DNA from: the human T2T-CHM13v2.0 reference genome, Homo sapiens
Length of the DNA: 64,000 nt
Direction: 5' to 3' (one strand)
NCBI RefSeq assembly: GCF_009914755.1
Contig: NC_060928.1
Shown: positions 1 to 13,147 of the stretch, in pieces
How positions within the stretch are numbered: the stretch's first letter is position 1
Layout of the letters: every line of letters starts with the position of its first letter
The notes under the pieces: generated by a model
The model's input: the letters and a program-made list of their open reading frames with translations, nothing else
Databases searched by the model: none
What the model was told of the DNA's origin: nothing
Position numbers and translations under genes: made by a program

Positions 1-384
1 TGTATTGAGAAGGAGAGTGAAAAGATTAACCTTGATTTAGGCAGCCTCAGGTGCCCTATCACTCAGGAGTCTACAGGATGCCAACTCCATATTTAGCACT
101 GTCTGGAAGCATGAACATTGCTTTCCTTTGCTATGCCTTGGTGACAACAGACTCCAAAGGCAAGACTTTGTTTCCCTCATGCTTTAACATATGAGAACAT
201 GAGGAGTTTTCTGCTGCTACATTGTTTTGCAGACTAGAAGGAGCGGTAGTAAAGTCAAACGCAAGAATTAACAAACCATTCCTCTTCAGCTGAAGAACAA
301 GTCAAGTGCTGCTTTTGCCAGGAGTCACACTTGGCTTTGTTGTTTTGCAATTGAATTTTTGAAATTTTTTACCTCCTTAGGGCT

Positions 385-530
385 TTTTTTTTTTTCTTTT
401 GTAGAAACAGGATGTCTCACTATTTTGCCCAGGTTGTTCTCAAACTCTTGACCTCAAGCAATCCTCCAAACTTGGCTTCCCAAAAGGATTACAGGCATTG
501 GGATTACAGGCAGGAGCCACTTCACCCAGC
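385..530 (-). mobile_element. Alu left-monomer (FLAM/AluJ-like) fragment in IL21 intron 2
   Basis: T-tract followed by gtagaaacaggatgtctcactattttgcccaggttgttctcaaactcttgacctcaagcaatcctcc...gggattacaggcaggagccac, the reverse complement of an Alu left arm; internal duplication of ggattacaggca. Confidence 0.85.
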
Positions 531-625
531 TGAGGCCTATTTTTACATTTTTTTCCTTTTGCAAAGAAAGCCCTGGCCATTCACACTAAGAAGTCTTGCT
601 AATTGGGCAAGACTACCTTTGTCCT

Positions 626-958
<333 letters not shown>

Positions 959-969
959 CTAGGTTTATA

Positions 970-1188
970 TCAGGGTTTCTCAACGGTGATACCACTGACA
1001 TTTGGGGCTAGATAATTCTTTGTTGTCAGGGCTGTCTTGTGCATTCTAGAATGTTTAGTACCTGGCTTCTACCTACTAGATGCCAGTAGCACCCCCATTC
1101 TACCTCCAAGTGTGACAACCAGAAATTTTTCCAGCCAATGCCAAATGTTTTCTGGGGCACAAAAATCACCACCGGTTGAGAACCACTG
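970..1188. mobile_element. MER20-like hAT DNA transposon
   Basis: Terminal inverted repeats cagggtttctcaac...gttgagaaccactg; internal sequence resembles MER20 as recalled. Confidence 0.75.
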
Positions 1189-2802
1189 GTTATATGATTA
1201 GACGGAAAGAAAAAGAGAAAAAGAAAGATGCCTGGCTAGGCCAATTAGAGATCTTAGATAATTACTATATGCATGCAACATTAGATAGTTTTATTTTCAT
1301 TAAACTTTTAAATCTTTTAAAATCTCTTACAGACCCTACTTTGAAGCTAGCTTGATATAATGCTAATGTGACCTTGAACGATTTCTTTCTTCCTGAGTTT
1401 GCCTACTAGTATAGCTTAAAGATCCAAGTTACACTATTACTCACTTATATCATAGCCAGCATTGCTTGATCAGATTATCAGATAGATACAGTATCACGGA
1501 GACAAAATCCTTTCATTATGATGTAAGATAAAAAATATCTTTCATTAACAACACACGTAAAGGAAGTACCCACTGGACCAACTCAGGTTAGAAGGTGGAA
1601 TCTCTTTCTTATTTCTTATTTTGCAAGTTATAGACTACAGCCAGGAAACTCTGGAAAGAACTCTAACCATAACAGTTAAACAAGGTGCATGAGATGCTAG
1701 AAATGTATGTTTTGATAATTAGGCACATTGATTAAGAAGTATTTTCAGTTATTGGAAAAGTCTTTCCAATAAGCTGAATGTGCTACTTTCATTTTAGATG
1801 CTGCTTATTAGAAAAGGACCTAGTAAATGAGAGTGTTTGGGTTCAGAGCTAGAGAGTGAATTTTAGAGAAAAGCAATAGTTGTGACTCATTCACTTTCTA
1901 AACTTTTACACATAGTCATTTACGATAATTGTTTTCTTTGCAATGTATCTTCTTAAGTCTCCCCCTTTGTAGTGTCCTAATTACTGGTAGCACTTTTAGT
2001 TATTCTAATTTATGCAATTAAAGGTCTGTGACAATGAAAACATTTCCCCAATTGCATTTATACTCTCAGGGTACCAGACCAGAAGATCAGATCGTAGAAG
2101 TTACTGGAGAAAAAGATCAGCGGACAGCACTCTTGAACTACATGCCAGGCCTCTTCTTCCTGGAACTCTAATGGATTTAAATGGCTTAAGAGACGGGATG
2201 AATTGTTGAAAATGGTTCTTTCAAAAGACCTCACGGAAGGCCAAAGACAAGACTCACTGAGGCCAAGGTATATGTGAATTATATTCTGAAGGACAGCTTT
2301 GATTTCCACACCACCATTTCTCCATGCTGTCCCTGTAATCTAATTCTTTCTTTCTTTCTTTTTTAAGTTTGTTATTAAAAGGTTAATTCTGCTTCCTACT
2401 GTATGTATCTATGTTTCTTCGGTAGGATAACAAAGAAGGCTCAAAAGCTTTCATGCCCAAGGGCTCTTAAAGAGTAACTAGCTGTGCATTGTTCAGAAAC
2501 TGATCAGAGTATAGATTTCGTTTCTAGTTTTGTTATTCTGTCTCAGCAATACTACTTAGGAGTACTCTTAGAGATTCTTGAAGATAAACATAGTTTATGA
2601 GGAATATAATATAGCATTTTTTAGTTGGTTTTTGGTAAATCAATGAATTTAACCAAAATATAAATAAATATTTCATCAATTATTAGACCGCTAAGTTCAT
2701 TAAAATTCAGTATACTCCTATATAATCATGCTAATGTCTTTCTTATTGGATTTAAAAACTTATGTCCAATGTATTTTCAGAAATAAATTCAACTGGTCTT
2801 AC

Positions 2803-2838
2803 CTCTACATCTTCTGGAGCTGGCAGAAATTCAGGGAC
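2803..2838 (-). CDS. IL21: Interleukin-21 coding exon 2 (VPEFLPAPEDVE)
   Basis: 36-nt exon bounded on the minus strand by ttttgctctag| and |gtaagacc; the translation matches the known IL-21 sequence following exon 1. Confidence 0.98.
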
Positions 2839-2945
2839 CTAGAGCAAAAGAAAATTTGTTCTGAGTTATTTTTATAAGCCAAACCCTCCTTTTATATTAA
2901 TTGAAAAGTATGATTTAGATTTTGTTGTGACAAATATAGTCTTAC

Positions 2946-3113
2946 CAAGTCATTCACATAATTTTTCAGCTGATCAACAATATCTATAAGTTGACGCATT
3001 CTAATCATGTGGCGATCTTGACCTTGGGAGCTTGATTTGTGGACCAGTGTCCCCAAGAAGATGACCATCAGACAGATGACAATCCTCTCCATGTTGCCAG
3101 GACTGGATCTCAT
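2946..3113 (-). CDS. IL21: Interleukin-21 coding exon 1 (signal peptide and helix A)
   Basis: [56 protein letters not shown], 56 codons, then donor gtaag; 107-nt intron 1 (2839-2945). Later exons lie left of the window. Confidence 0.99.
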
Positions 3114-3149
3114 AAGTACCAACAGTAGAGCTAGACCTTGGTCTCGTTT

Positions 3150-3420
3150 TCACTTCAGCTTGACTGAGAACAGGTTGTCAGTTAAGCTACCTATTTATTC
3201 ATCCTTCAGGGAGAGGTAAAGCCCTCCCATTGCAGCCTGGAAATCTTTGTAAAATGGATGAATGTGAGTAACTCTTTTTTCTTTTCCACTGGCTAGGTAT
3301 ACGTGTGCATGTGCTAATGTGTGGGGGCAGGGATTGATGGAGTCAACGAAATGTGCCCCATCTGCATCTTTGACAGGAAAAAGAGAGAATGGGTGAATTC
3401 CAATTTTCAGCATGAATCAA
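3150..3420 (-). promoter_or_regulatory. IL21: IL21 proximal promoter
   Basis: TATA-like ATAAATA (minus strand, ~3192-3198) ~80 nt upstream of the ATG; NFAT-type TGGAAA motifs (~3238, ~3282-3288); AP-1-like TGAGTAA (~3265); Maf half-site TGCTGA (~3407-3412). NFAT/c-Maf control of IL21 is established knowledge. Confidence 0.8.
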
Positions 3421-4310
3421 GAAGTATGTATAATAAACAGTAGGTACTACAAGACTTCAAAAAAGTAAACAAAAACACTTTGATCTCTTTTTCTCGGCCT
3501 CCCCTGGCATCTTACCTGTTCTCTCTGACAGTCATAAGGGCACTTTGATAATGAGTAAGATGGCAACATGTGCTTTCATGCAGGACTTTTTCTTATGGTA
3601 ATAACTATGTCTTTTGACTAAAATCATCCAGTATTCCATCATAAAAGTAGGAGGAGAGGCTACCTTTTAGGAAATTTTAAATAAAGAGGTATTTTCCAAA
3701 TTAGCAAGAATATTTTAGGTTCTTACCAAGTTTCAAGGGTTTAAAATAGAATTTGCTTCCAACTGTTCACCAAAGCATCTTTACTAAGCATTTATTTTGG
3801 CTTCTGTCATGTTATTTAACAATCTGATTTATTAATATCACAAATGATTCTAAGGGAGTTGATAGAAAATCTATCCTTCCCAATCAAGATCTCACTCTAC
3901 CATCATTTTAAAAATTATCTAATGTCCATCTCTTCTATATAATACATCAATTAAATGAGTCAAACTTGCTAATGCTCATTCTTGTCCAAACCAAAAAATG
4001 TTTCCAAACAGCAAAATAAAATATACCCATAAATGATTCGTTTTCTCTTAGGGTAGTGTTACTTATTTCTGTTAGATACTATTTCCTCTGGGTGTGAGCA
4101 ACACATTTCTAACTGCATCTGTGACCGGGTAGAGGTTAATTAAAGATCCAAAGCCCAGAAATGGTTTTATCATCCTCCTTTCTTCTGCTTCTCTTGTCCC
4201 TGAGACTCTTTTAACCCATTTGAGAAAGTTGAATATAATATTCTAGCTAGAGAGTCATGTACTATATAAGACCATAGGTCTTATAAGTGAAACTCTTGAC
4301 TATAGATTTT

Positions 4311-4336
4311 ATTCATTCATTCATTCATTCATTCAT
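4311..4336. repeat. (TTCA)n microsatellite
   Basis: attcattcattcattcattcattcattt. Confidence 0.9.
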
Positions 4337-4679
4337 TTCATTACATACTTTAGAATACCATACTTTATTCTAGACTGTTACGTAGCCAACATAAATTGGA
4401 GTTTTCACTTGATTTGCTCTGAAGTTGACTGTAATCTTTTTATTATGGAATATCTATTCAAGAGTATACAGGTTTGGCCTTATACAGTAGATAAGAGTTC
4501 ATACAACATGATCAAGAATTCCTCCCTGTAATAGTTAAATTCTATATGACAAGATTCTGTGCAACTTATGAATGCATGTGGACTAAGGGTTGCCACTTGG
4601 TGCCTCCACATTGCCTGTATGGTCTTTGTACATGCACTCCTTATCCACCTAAACAGATGTGCATCTCCTTGAAGACACT

Positions 4680-4870
4680 AACCACGGTGGTTAGGAGGTC
4701 AATTTCTAAAGCTTGAGTTCAAATCAAGGTCCTAACAATTAATAGCACATATGATCCTGTGTGTGTAATTGCAAAAGGAAGGCAAGTACAGAATCTACTC
4801 ATAGGGTTGTGATAAGGCTTAAATGAGACATTCCAAGTAAAAGGGCTAAGTACAGCACATAACATCCCGG
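4680..4870 (+). mobile_element. MIR SINE
   Basis: gagttcaaatc...ctactcatagggttgtgataaggcttaaatgagac...taagtacagcac, MIR core-like. Confidence 0.65.
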
Positions 4871-5269
4871 GAGGTTTGCATGCTGATCGTGGATGAGGGT
4901 GAAGGGGAGAACTTTAAGAAGCCTAGGGGAGGCTAAACTGATCAGAGAAGGAGGAGAATGGACAGATCAGTGTTCAGCCAGAATACACTTGTGTGGTTGT
5001 ACTGGTGGTTTAACAAAAAATAAAAAAGTCAAATATCTTTCATACTGCCTAGAGAGAACCATTGCTCCTGGCCCTGGAGTGCCTCACCACTATGTTAGAC
5101 AACCCAGTCCCTCCCTGAGACATCCTAGCCCTCTCCATAATCCATCCACCAGTACATCAGGGGTCTCAGAGTCTTGCTCCAGCACTATGACCAGAGGGCT
5201 TTCTGAAAGTCAGAATTTCTACCTTAAGTGGCACATCAGTTGTTAAGAATTTTTGGATATCATCTCTGG

Positions 5270-5780
5270 TGTGATAGACTTACCAATGCCCCAAAGATAT
5301 CCATGCCCTAATCCCTGGAACCTGTGAAAATGTTACCTTACATTGACCCAGGGGACTTCGCAGATGTGAAAAAATTAAAGATTTTTTACATGGGAAGATT
5401 ATCCTAGATTATCTCGTGGGCCCAGTGCAATCACAGGAGCCTTTATAAGAGGAAGGCAGGAGAGTCAAAGTAAAAGAAGGAGCTGTTGTTTCAGAAGTAG
5501 AGGCTGGAGTGATGCAGGGCCAGAAGCCAAGGAATACAGATGGCTTCTAGAGTCTGGGAAAAGTAAGAAACAAATTCTTCCCTGGAGCCTTCAGAAAGAA
5601 TGCAGCCCAGCCAAAAACACCTTGACTTTAGTCCCATAAAGCTCATTTTGAGTTATTATTCTGACCTTCAGAAATGTAAGATAATAAATTTATGCTGTTT
5701 TGTTCTTACCTGAATAGATACACATCTCCTTGAAGTGTTTGCGGTAATTTGTTACAGCAGCAATAGAAATGTAACATACA
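5270..5780 (+). mobile_element. MaLR solo LTR (MLT1D-like)
   Basis: tgtgatagac...ccccaaagatatccatgccctaatccctggaacctgtgaa...gtaatttgttacagcagcaatagaaatgtaacataca. Confidence 0.8.
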
Positions 5781-6297
5781 TAGGTATGGGATTTTTAATC
5801 TCAGGGAAAAGGGCAGGAAAAGAGGGAAAGAGAGGAAAGGGTAATAAGAAAAGATCCAGCAAAGGTTGGAATTTTGTTGGGCTTTTGGGAGGTGCAGGTA
5901 GAGGATATAAGGAAGTGTGGACAAGAGAGGAAGTAAGATTAGTGTAGCTGCCACATGGTATGGGCCCTCAGCGATAAAAATGTATAATGAGGATGTTCTA
6001 GGAAGTCTTGTGTGTATTGTAACAACTCCTCCCTAGCCCTGAGAAAACTTCACTCAGGATTCACAACATCATTTAAAGTTATGGATCCCAATTTGCATTT
6101 CATTTGAATTTATCACTGTGTGGAGATGAACCTTAGGGTGGGAGCAAGGAGGCCCAAAAGTATTTGAGTCACTAGGGCAAAGTAAATTAGTCACTGCTCA
6201 GAAATATTAACGTTATTGCTACCTTTACAGTATCATTTCATTGGCGTTTTAAGGGCTGCTTACTCTTTAAATTATAATTATTTTTATAATCTAGATA

Positions 6298-6906
6298 CAA
6301 TCAGTCCTGCTATAAGGCTCATCTTGAAAATGATAATGTATTCCAATGAGGTTAATATATCAAGGAACAATTTGAGTATAACAAGAACTTTGTGTTTCTT
6401 TATGTTTAATTTCATCTGCAAGAAATGCTAAGTGAATGCAGAAAACTGCATCCAGCTGAACTGAGCCATGTAGGAATACATAAGATGTCCTCACACCTCT
6501 GACAGCCACCAGCATCCTCAGTTCACTGCATGTGTAATGAGCCACACCCATCGACATCTGGTGTCACAATTTTCCATCCCAGAGAACTCTCCTTCGCCAT
6601 GTCTCAATAACTCACAAACTGTAACCCTTCCAACACCCACCTCCATGAACAAACTTAAAGTCCTTTTCTAGGTGAAACAATGTGTTTATTTTATTATTTA
6701 TGTATTTCTTAACCATTTAACATGCCTAAAACAGCTATCTTTTTAAATTAGGTTGCTATCTTCTTTTTCAGTGTCACCGATGAAGTTTTTGAATGCTGTG
6801 CTCCTAATCTCATTTTCCTGTAAGCATGTGAGTTTTGATTCTATGATTTTGTATAGTGCAGTGATTTTTTAGAAACACGTGGGTCACATTATAGCAGAAC
6901 TCACTG
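6298..6906 (+). mobile_element. MER82-like Tc1/mariner-Tigger non-autonomous DNA transposon
   Basis: TIRs caatcagtcctgctataa / ttatagcagaactcactg flanked by TA on both sides; internal sequence matches MER82 as recalled. Confidence 0.75.
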
Positions 6907-9369
6907 TATTTTGTCTCAAAGTGTCACACTTAAGCCCCAACAGCAACTACTTATATCCAGGCAGAAAACAAGACTAGAATATAGAATTTATTCTTAAGGT
7001 GGGGAATAAAAGGGAAGGGAAGAGAAAGGGAAGAGGAAGGGAGAGACAATGAAAAACAATTTGTCATTTCTACACATGGCCCATCTGAGTTATTAAAAAA
7101 CTCCAGTGTCCATTTCTTCCTTGATCCTTTCCTGTTAGCACATGGGGGCTTAGCTTGGCATCTGTGGATTTCCCGGGTTCCATACATGTGTTTCAGAGAT
7201 CCCCTAACCTCCTGAAATTATTTGCAAAATTTTGTATTTATATTGTGAGCAAAACAAAACCTTAAATTTCATCAAATTCTCAATGGAAATGTCATGCAAC
7301 TGCTGTTTGTTTTCCAGCCTCCAGAGACTTCGGTGAAGGATGATGCAAACTGTGTTTCTTCAGCATGTGAGCACCATCAGCCATGAGTGTGGCAGCTCCA
7401 GAATGTCTATACCAGAGTGGCTGAGAGTCAGCAACTTGGCTGGAAGCTACACTTGAATAGCAAACAAACCACTTTTACTTAGTTTCCATGTCTATTTGGT
7501 ACCTTGGAGTACAGTGATGAGTTTTACTAGATGTGGACTTTCCAGGAATATAGCCAAGGTCGTCACCATGAAAGTATGAAACTTTAGTCATTTACCCAAG
7601 GGGATTCATGGACATATATTAAGAATTTTCTTTAATGGACTGTGTTTATAGAACACCTGGTCAGGACGGAAATGAGGCCAGGGAACTAAAGGGGTAGAAG
7701 TCTGAAGAGGAATGGTTTTGCATGGGAAAACTGTGCCAGGTCTAAAACTGGGCTGAACACTATTTGTCCCCAACTCTCTGGCCCGGTCCTCATAGTTCTT
7801 TCTGTGATCCCTGCGTGGTGAATACTCCTTTTCTGCTTTCACTGGCTTTGGCCCCTCATGGATAGAATTAGATGTTCTGCATGGCAAACTGTGGGAAGAG
7901 AGGCCTCCAGTGTTTAGAGTGATATTATCATGTGTACCACTACTATTATACATACTAAAGGTATTCAGACAGGTGGCTTGTCTCTGGGCTTTATATAGAT
8001 CTCTGTCAAGCTAGAAGAAAAATGTCACTAAAATAATTCAAGACAATTTTTGTACTTTCCAACGATGTTCAGGTAACAGCTGAAAATATTCTCACTTATT
8101 TGACTTGAGGAAGAAAATTCGAACGAGGAAAATCATCAAGGATTTGCTAAAGTCCCTTCTGTAAAATCTTCCTTAAGGAAGTTTAAACACTCCTATTCTC
8201 TCTTCTCTCATTCTTTTGAACTCACTGCATGTATTGATATCACTGACTTGGTTTGTTTTCTAGAATATATGTAAAAGTAAGAGTGTGTATATATAACCCA
8301 TTATGTACATAACAAGAACAGTTCCTTCCAATATTCAAATTTCATGACTCTAGATCACTACTGTGCATTCTAAGAAGGTCAGGGACTCATGGAGACCAAA
8401 GGGTCAATCCTGGTCATTGTTGTCTTACGAGAGAAAAACAAGAGCCTTCTCGGGCCCCGTGTTCTCTAGCTCTTGATGTGGCCTCTTTGGTATCACTGGC
8501 AGCCCCACAGTCTGGTGGTCAGTGTGTCGCAGCAGAGGGTCATTCACCGATGCTGCTTATCCACAGCACCTTTTCTGTGGGGAATGGGGGCCTCTATTCT
8601 GCTAGTAGACTCAGGTGTGTCACTCTGTGATACTCTTAAGACTGGGTTCATTGAGGACAGGTCTCTTTGCTAACATTCACACAAAGTCATTGTTTGGAAG
8701 CACAGTCCTGCTTCTGAAATGCTAGGTCTGGAGGAGTTCCAGCAGCAGCCACATGGGCCCTCTCCTCAGATCTTGGCTCCAACATGGGATACTCAGCAGT
8801 GAGGCTAGAGATCAGATGTCCTTCATTCCTTGACCACTAAGCCTAGAGGATGGAGAGAAAGAAGTGGAACATCTGCACTCTTCAACCTGAGTCCACTCCA
8901 ACTCCATCCCACAAGGTGAGGCAAGTTCCACCAGCCTCTCCAGCCTCCTGTCTAATATGATCAGAGAAATCCTCTTCTCTCTGGACTCAAGACCCATCCC
9001 TGTTTCCTTCCCTAAGGCGACAGGTGGCTATAGCACCCTTTGTCTTGGCCCTGCAGCCACCAATACACAACCATAAAAATAAAGTAGTCCAATTATTAGC
9101 CTTCGCTGTGTCCTGTGTCCTCCTCCCAAGAGATCTGCGGAACCTTCATTTATCACCTGAATGGGAGCCTCCTCCCCATGCTTTCCCAGGGGGCAGCCAT
9201 AGGACCTCACAGAGATGTTACTGTGTATCACTCTAGACTCTTTTCCTATATACATAGAACAATAAAGGAATAGATAGGGACACATAGACACTTAAGGAAA
9301 TAGAATTATGTATGGAGATAGAAACATAAAAATAAATAGCACAGACATATAGATATAGAAAACTGGTAC

Positions 9370-10080
9370 TTTTACATAAAAACTTAATCTCACCATATGT
9401 AGTCTATAAATTTTTTTTTCACTCAACCTATGTCAGGGACAGGAGTCCATACAGGATTCACACACAGGGATATCTCATTAGATTAATATTCCATTGTATG
9501 GCAGTACCACAATTTATCCATTCATAACCCTACTGATAAACATTTAGATTGTTTCCAGTTTTTATCCACTGCAAACAATGCTGCAATGAACATCCTTAGA
9601 CATAGAGATCTCTAAGCATATGTGAAATATATTCTTTTAATGTTGTATTTTAAAATACATGTCTTGAATTTCACTTCCTGAGTGGAAAGATACTTTGAAA
9701 AACTTTGTAGAAACTGCCAAATTTCCCTCTGACATGCCATACCAGTTTATACTCCCAACAACATAGAGTTTCTTTTCCTCTCATTAATACTTTATGTTAT
9801 GAATATTTTAAATATCTACCAACATATTGGGGCAAAAATAGTATCCTCTCATTGGTTTGTCTTTCCTTGATCAATAGTTAGATCTGCTATATTTTCATCA
9901 GTGTGTTTATTTTTCCACAAATTGTCTGATTCATATTATTTGCCAATTTATTCATTTGTTTCTTATTTACTTATAAAGGCTCTTTTTCTATTAAAGATAT
10001 GTTAAACATGTAGAAATTATTTTCTCTGTGGTATCCTTTGCCCTACTGAGGTTTTGAGCTTTCATGTTATTGTGTCTGAG
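9370..10080 (-). mobile_element. Old L1M (L1MC/ME) fragment
   Basis: ccattgtatggcagtaccacaatttatccatt...aaacaatgctgcaatgaacatcctt...tactcccaacaac, degenerate L1 ORF2 3' end / 3'UTR in antisense. Confidence 0.7.
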
Positions 10081-12828
10081 AATCTTATGTTTTATGTCAT
10101 GGACCTTCGTTTAATAGAAAGGGTGTCTCACCTAACAAAACCAAAAATGGCAGTAATTAATTTAGTGTTCTTTTTGGTTGAAGAATTCTAATGCCAAGGA
10201 GTCATGTTTAATTCAGGAGCGCTTTTAAATGAATTTGCATTTCATTTGTCACAAGATTAGCTACATACTTCTTTGAAATATAATAATACATTTATGGTTG
10301 GAAGTGATTTAGTCAGTTTATAGGCAACATCCTTCCTGTGCAGCAATGAATTCATGAGCCCTGTGAACATCATTATTTTAGAAAAAGAATTGGATATAAT
10401 ATATACTTCTTATATATAGAGAGATCCAATCATATACCACATTCAGGAGTGGGGAGGACAAGGGACCACAGAATCCTGAAACGGCATCTGAGCCATCAAA
10501 AGAATGTGCTCACTACAGTTTCAGTGCTGAATGTTTTATTTTACTTCAATTCTTTAAATATGGTTTCTCCATATACAGGGTGTACGGTAGTTCTAAAAAC
10601 GCGAATGACTAATTAACAAAGTGCAGACCAGGAAAACACAGACTCTGTGAGATTTACCAAATTGGCTCCAAGACTACCCTGAAGTCACCCTTTAAACTGA
10701 GAAATAGTTATATCTGATAGACTCTGTTGCTGCAAATAAAGGGAAATGGGATGGCTCTTTCTGAAAAAAGACTTTGGGCCAATCAAAAAGATACTATCAA
10801 TGATTATTCTAGCAAACACTTTTGTATCTAAGTGGTTTATAGACATAATCTCATTTAAAGCAACAACCATGAGAAATAGGTATTTTGAGTGTGCCTCTTT
10901 ACTACCGAAGCACAAAGAAGATAAGTAAGACATTGAAGTGATTGGAGGAACTCTCTCCAGAGCCTGACGACTTCTCTCTACAGCAGGGAACTGCCTCCAT
11001 TGCTGATGTTGGATTAAACAGAACAGCCTGTGCAGTTAGTTCATGGATTCCATAAAGGGACTGGACCTTAATGAAGACGTTCCTGACATGGGTTTGGGGT
11101 AAGAAGGAGAGTCTGTTTGCAAAATTATTATTGATAATAACTAGAATTTAAATGTATATCTTTTCTTGGTTAATTAAATAAATTAATCAGCTCCCCATCT
11201 GGGCCAGAATATCCAATTGCTTCTCTTTCATTGACTTTAACTAGTGACAACCTGGTCCAGTATAAGACCTAATAATAATTTTCCAGTGTTTTATATCCAT
11301 AAAAGAAGAGAGAAAGAAATGAATAAACTTCTGCCGTCATTTGGGTCTTGAATAGCATAGACAAAAATCAATCAGGAAATCAGTTATCTTGACAACAAGA
11401 AAGGGCAAAAGTATGACTTAGTTATTTACATTTACTTATTGTTCATTTTCTATGTTTTTCAAGCCTTTTCATTGTTATGAGAACATCGAAACACTCACCT
11501 TTTGCTCCATTTAGCTCTCAGAACTTTAAAATACACACCAAGGGGGATATCAGTGCAAAAGAAGAAGGAAAACCAGGAATACAAAAGAAACATGCTTGTA
11601 ACAAGAATCAACTAAAAGTAAATTTTCATGAAATTAAGAGATAGATGGTTCAATGATTTTGGATATTGGCAGTTAAGTCATCACAGGTCAGATTAACGTA
11701 TTTAGTCAAAGCTGTTCTGTCATCAAGATCTGCATCAATCAGAAGCTTTAATGACATGACAGGGATGAGGGACTCTCTGGCCCTTGACTTGACTTATCCA
11801 GCTCTCAGAACCACTGCTCTGGTCATTGCTACTGTCTTCAGAGAATTATTTTTAATGGCGCTGGTGTTCAGGTCAGCATTTAGAAATGTTTACATTTAGG
11901 TTATTAGAAACCTAATAGAGGCTGGGGAAGGTCAACAGTAATCGTTAAGAATGATGACTGCTAGCAGCCACCACCCAAGGGAGCCACAGACATGGCAAAG
12001 CTCTGCTTGTCTGCCTCCCTCTCCCTTCGTCTCCCTCCTGCTTCCTCTCTGGGTCTCTCTATTCCTCCTTCCTCTTTTGTTGCTCATTCCTCCCAGATTT
12101 CTTCTCCTCTTTACTTCACTTTTTTCTTCCACTTTGTTTCATATTCAAATCTGCATACCATGAAACTAAAACGTATTTTAATTGTAATTGTTTTATTAAA
12201 TAAACCTTTCTAGCCTCTAAATAGTTGTTTAAAATAAAACAAATTGAATACTATAATCTCTCTAAGGACTAGAAAGAGGCTCTTTTAAATGACTTTTGGT
12301 ATTTGAGCTTTGGGGTTTTTTTTTTCCTTCCTTGAATCAATGATCCTGTGCAGAAAAACAAATAACACTGTTTGACTTCTTCTAATTTACGGAAATATAA
12401 GTGAAGGAAAACTGTTATAAAGAGACAATATCTGCTTAGTATGTAGGAGAAAGATGATTTGGGAATATCCTGCTTACTTTCTGAATCCCTAAAGAGTAAT
12501 TTTATTTTAGAAAACATTCTCTTACATGTTGTCAATTGTTCTCTGTGTCAAAGCTCTCTGAGTTGCCACAACCATGGGCTTCTGTGGAAACTGCCTTCAG
12601 TTAGCTCCTATTGTACACTGCACATAACTCATACCAAGCCTGAGTTATTCACATATACACAAATCCAGCAGGCACCATCAGAGAAGAAACACTTTACACA
12701 ATTTGTGTGGGATACTGAATAGAGTAATTCTGTTTTCATTTATCTGCTAAGCTATATGTGAAGAATCCAGGAAAAGAAAGTTATGTTTCCCATAAGCTCA
12801 TAATGGATACACAAAAATAGTTAAATTG

Positions 12829-13147
<319 letters not shown>

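Noticed and set aside
2892-3122. 76-aa ORF as a complete IL21 protein
   Set aside because: It starts at a non-ATG codon upstream of the real ATG and reads through the exon 1 donor into intron 1
11650-11890. Minus-strand frame ...LLIDADLDDRTALTKYVNL... faintly resembling IL-21 helix A (possible paralogue remnant)
   Set aside because: In-frame stop, gaps needed, no nucleotide similarity and no splice sites; most likely chance
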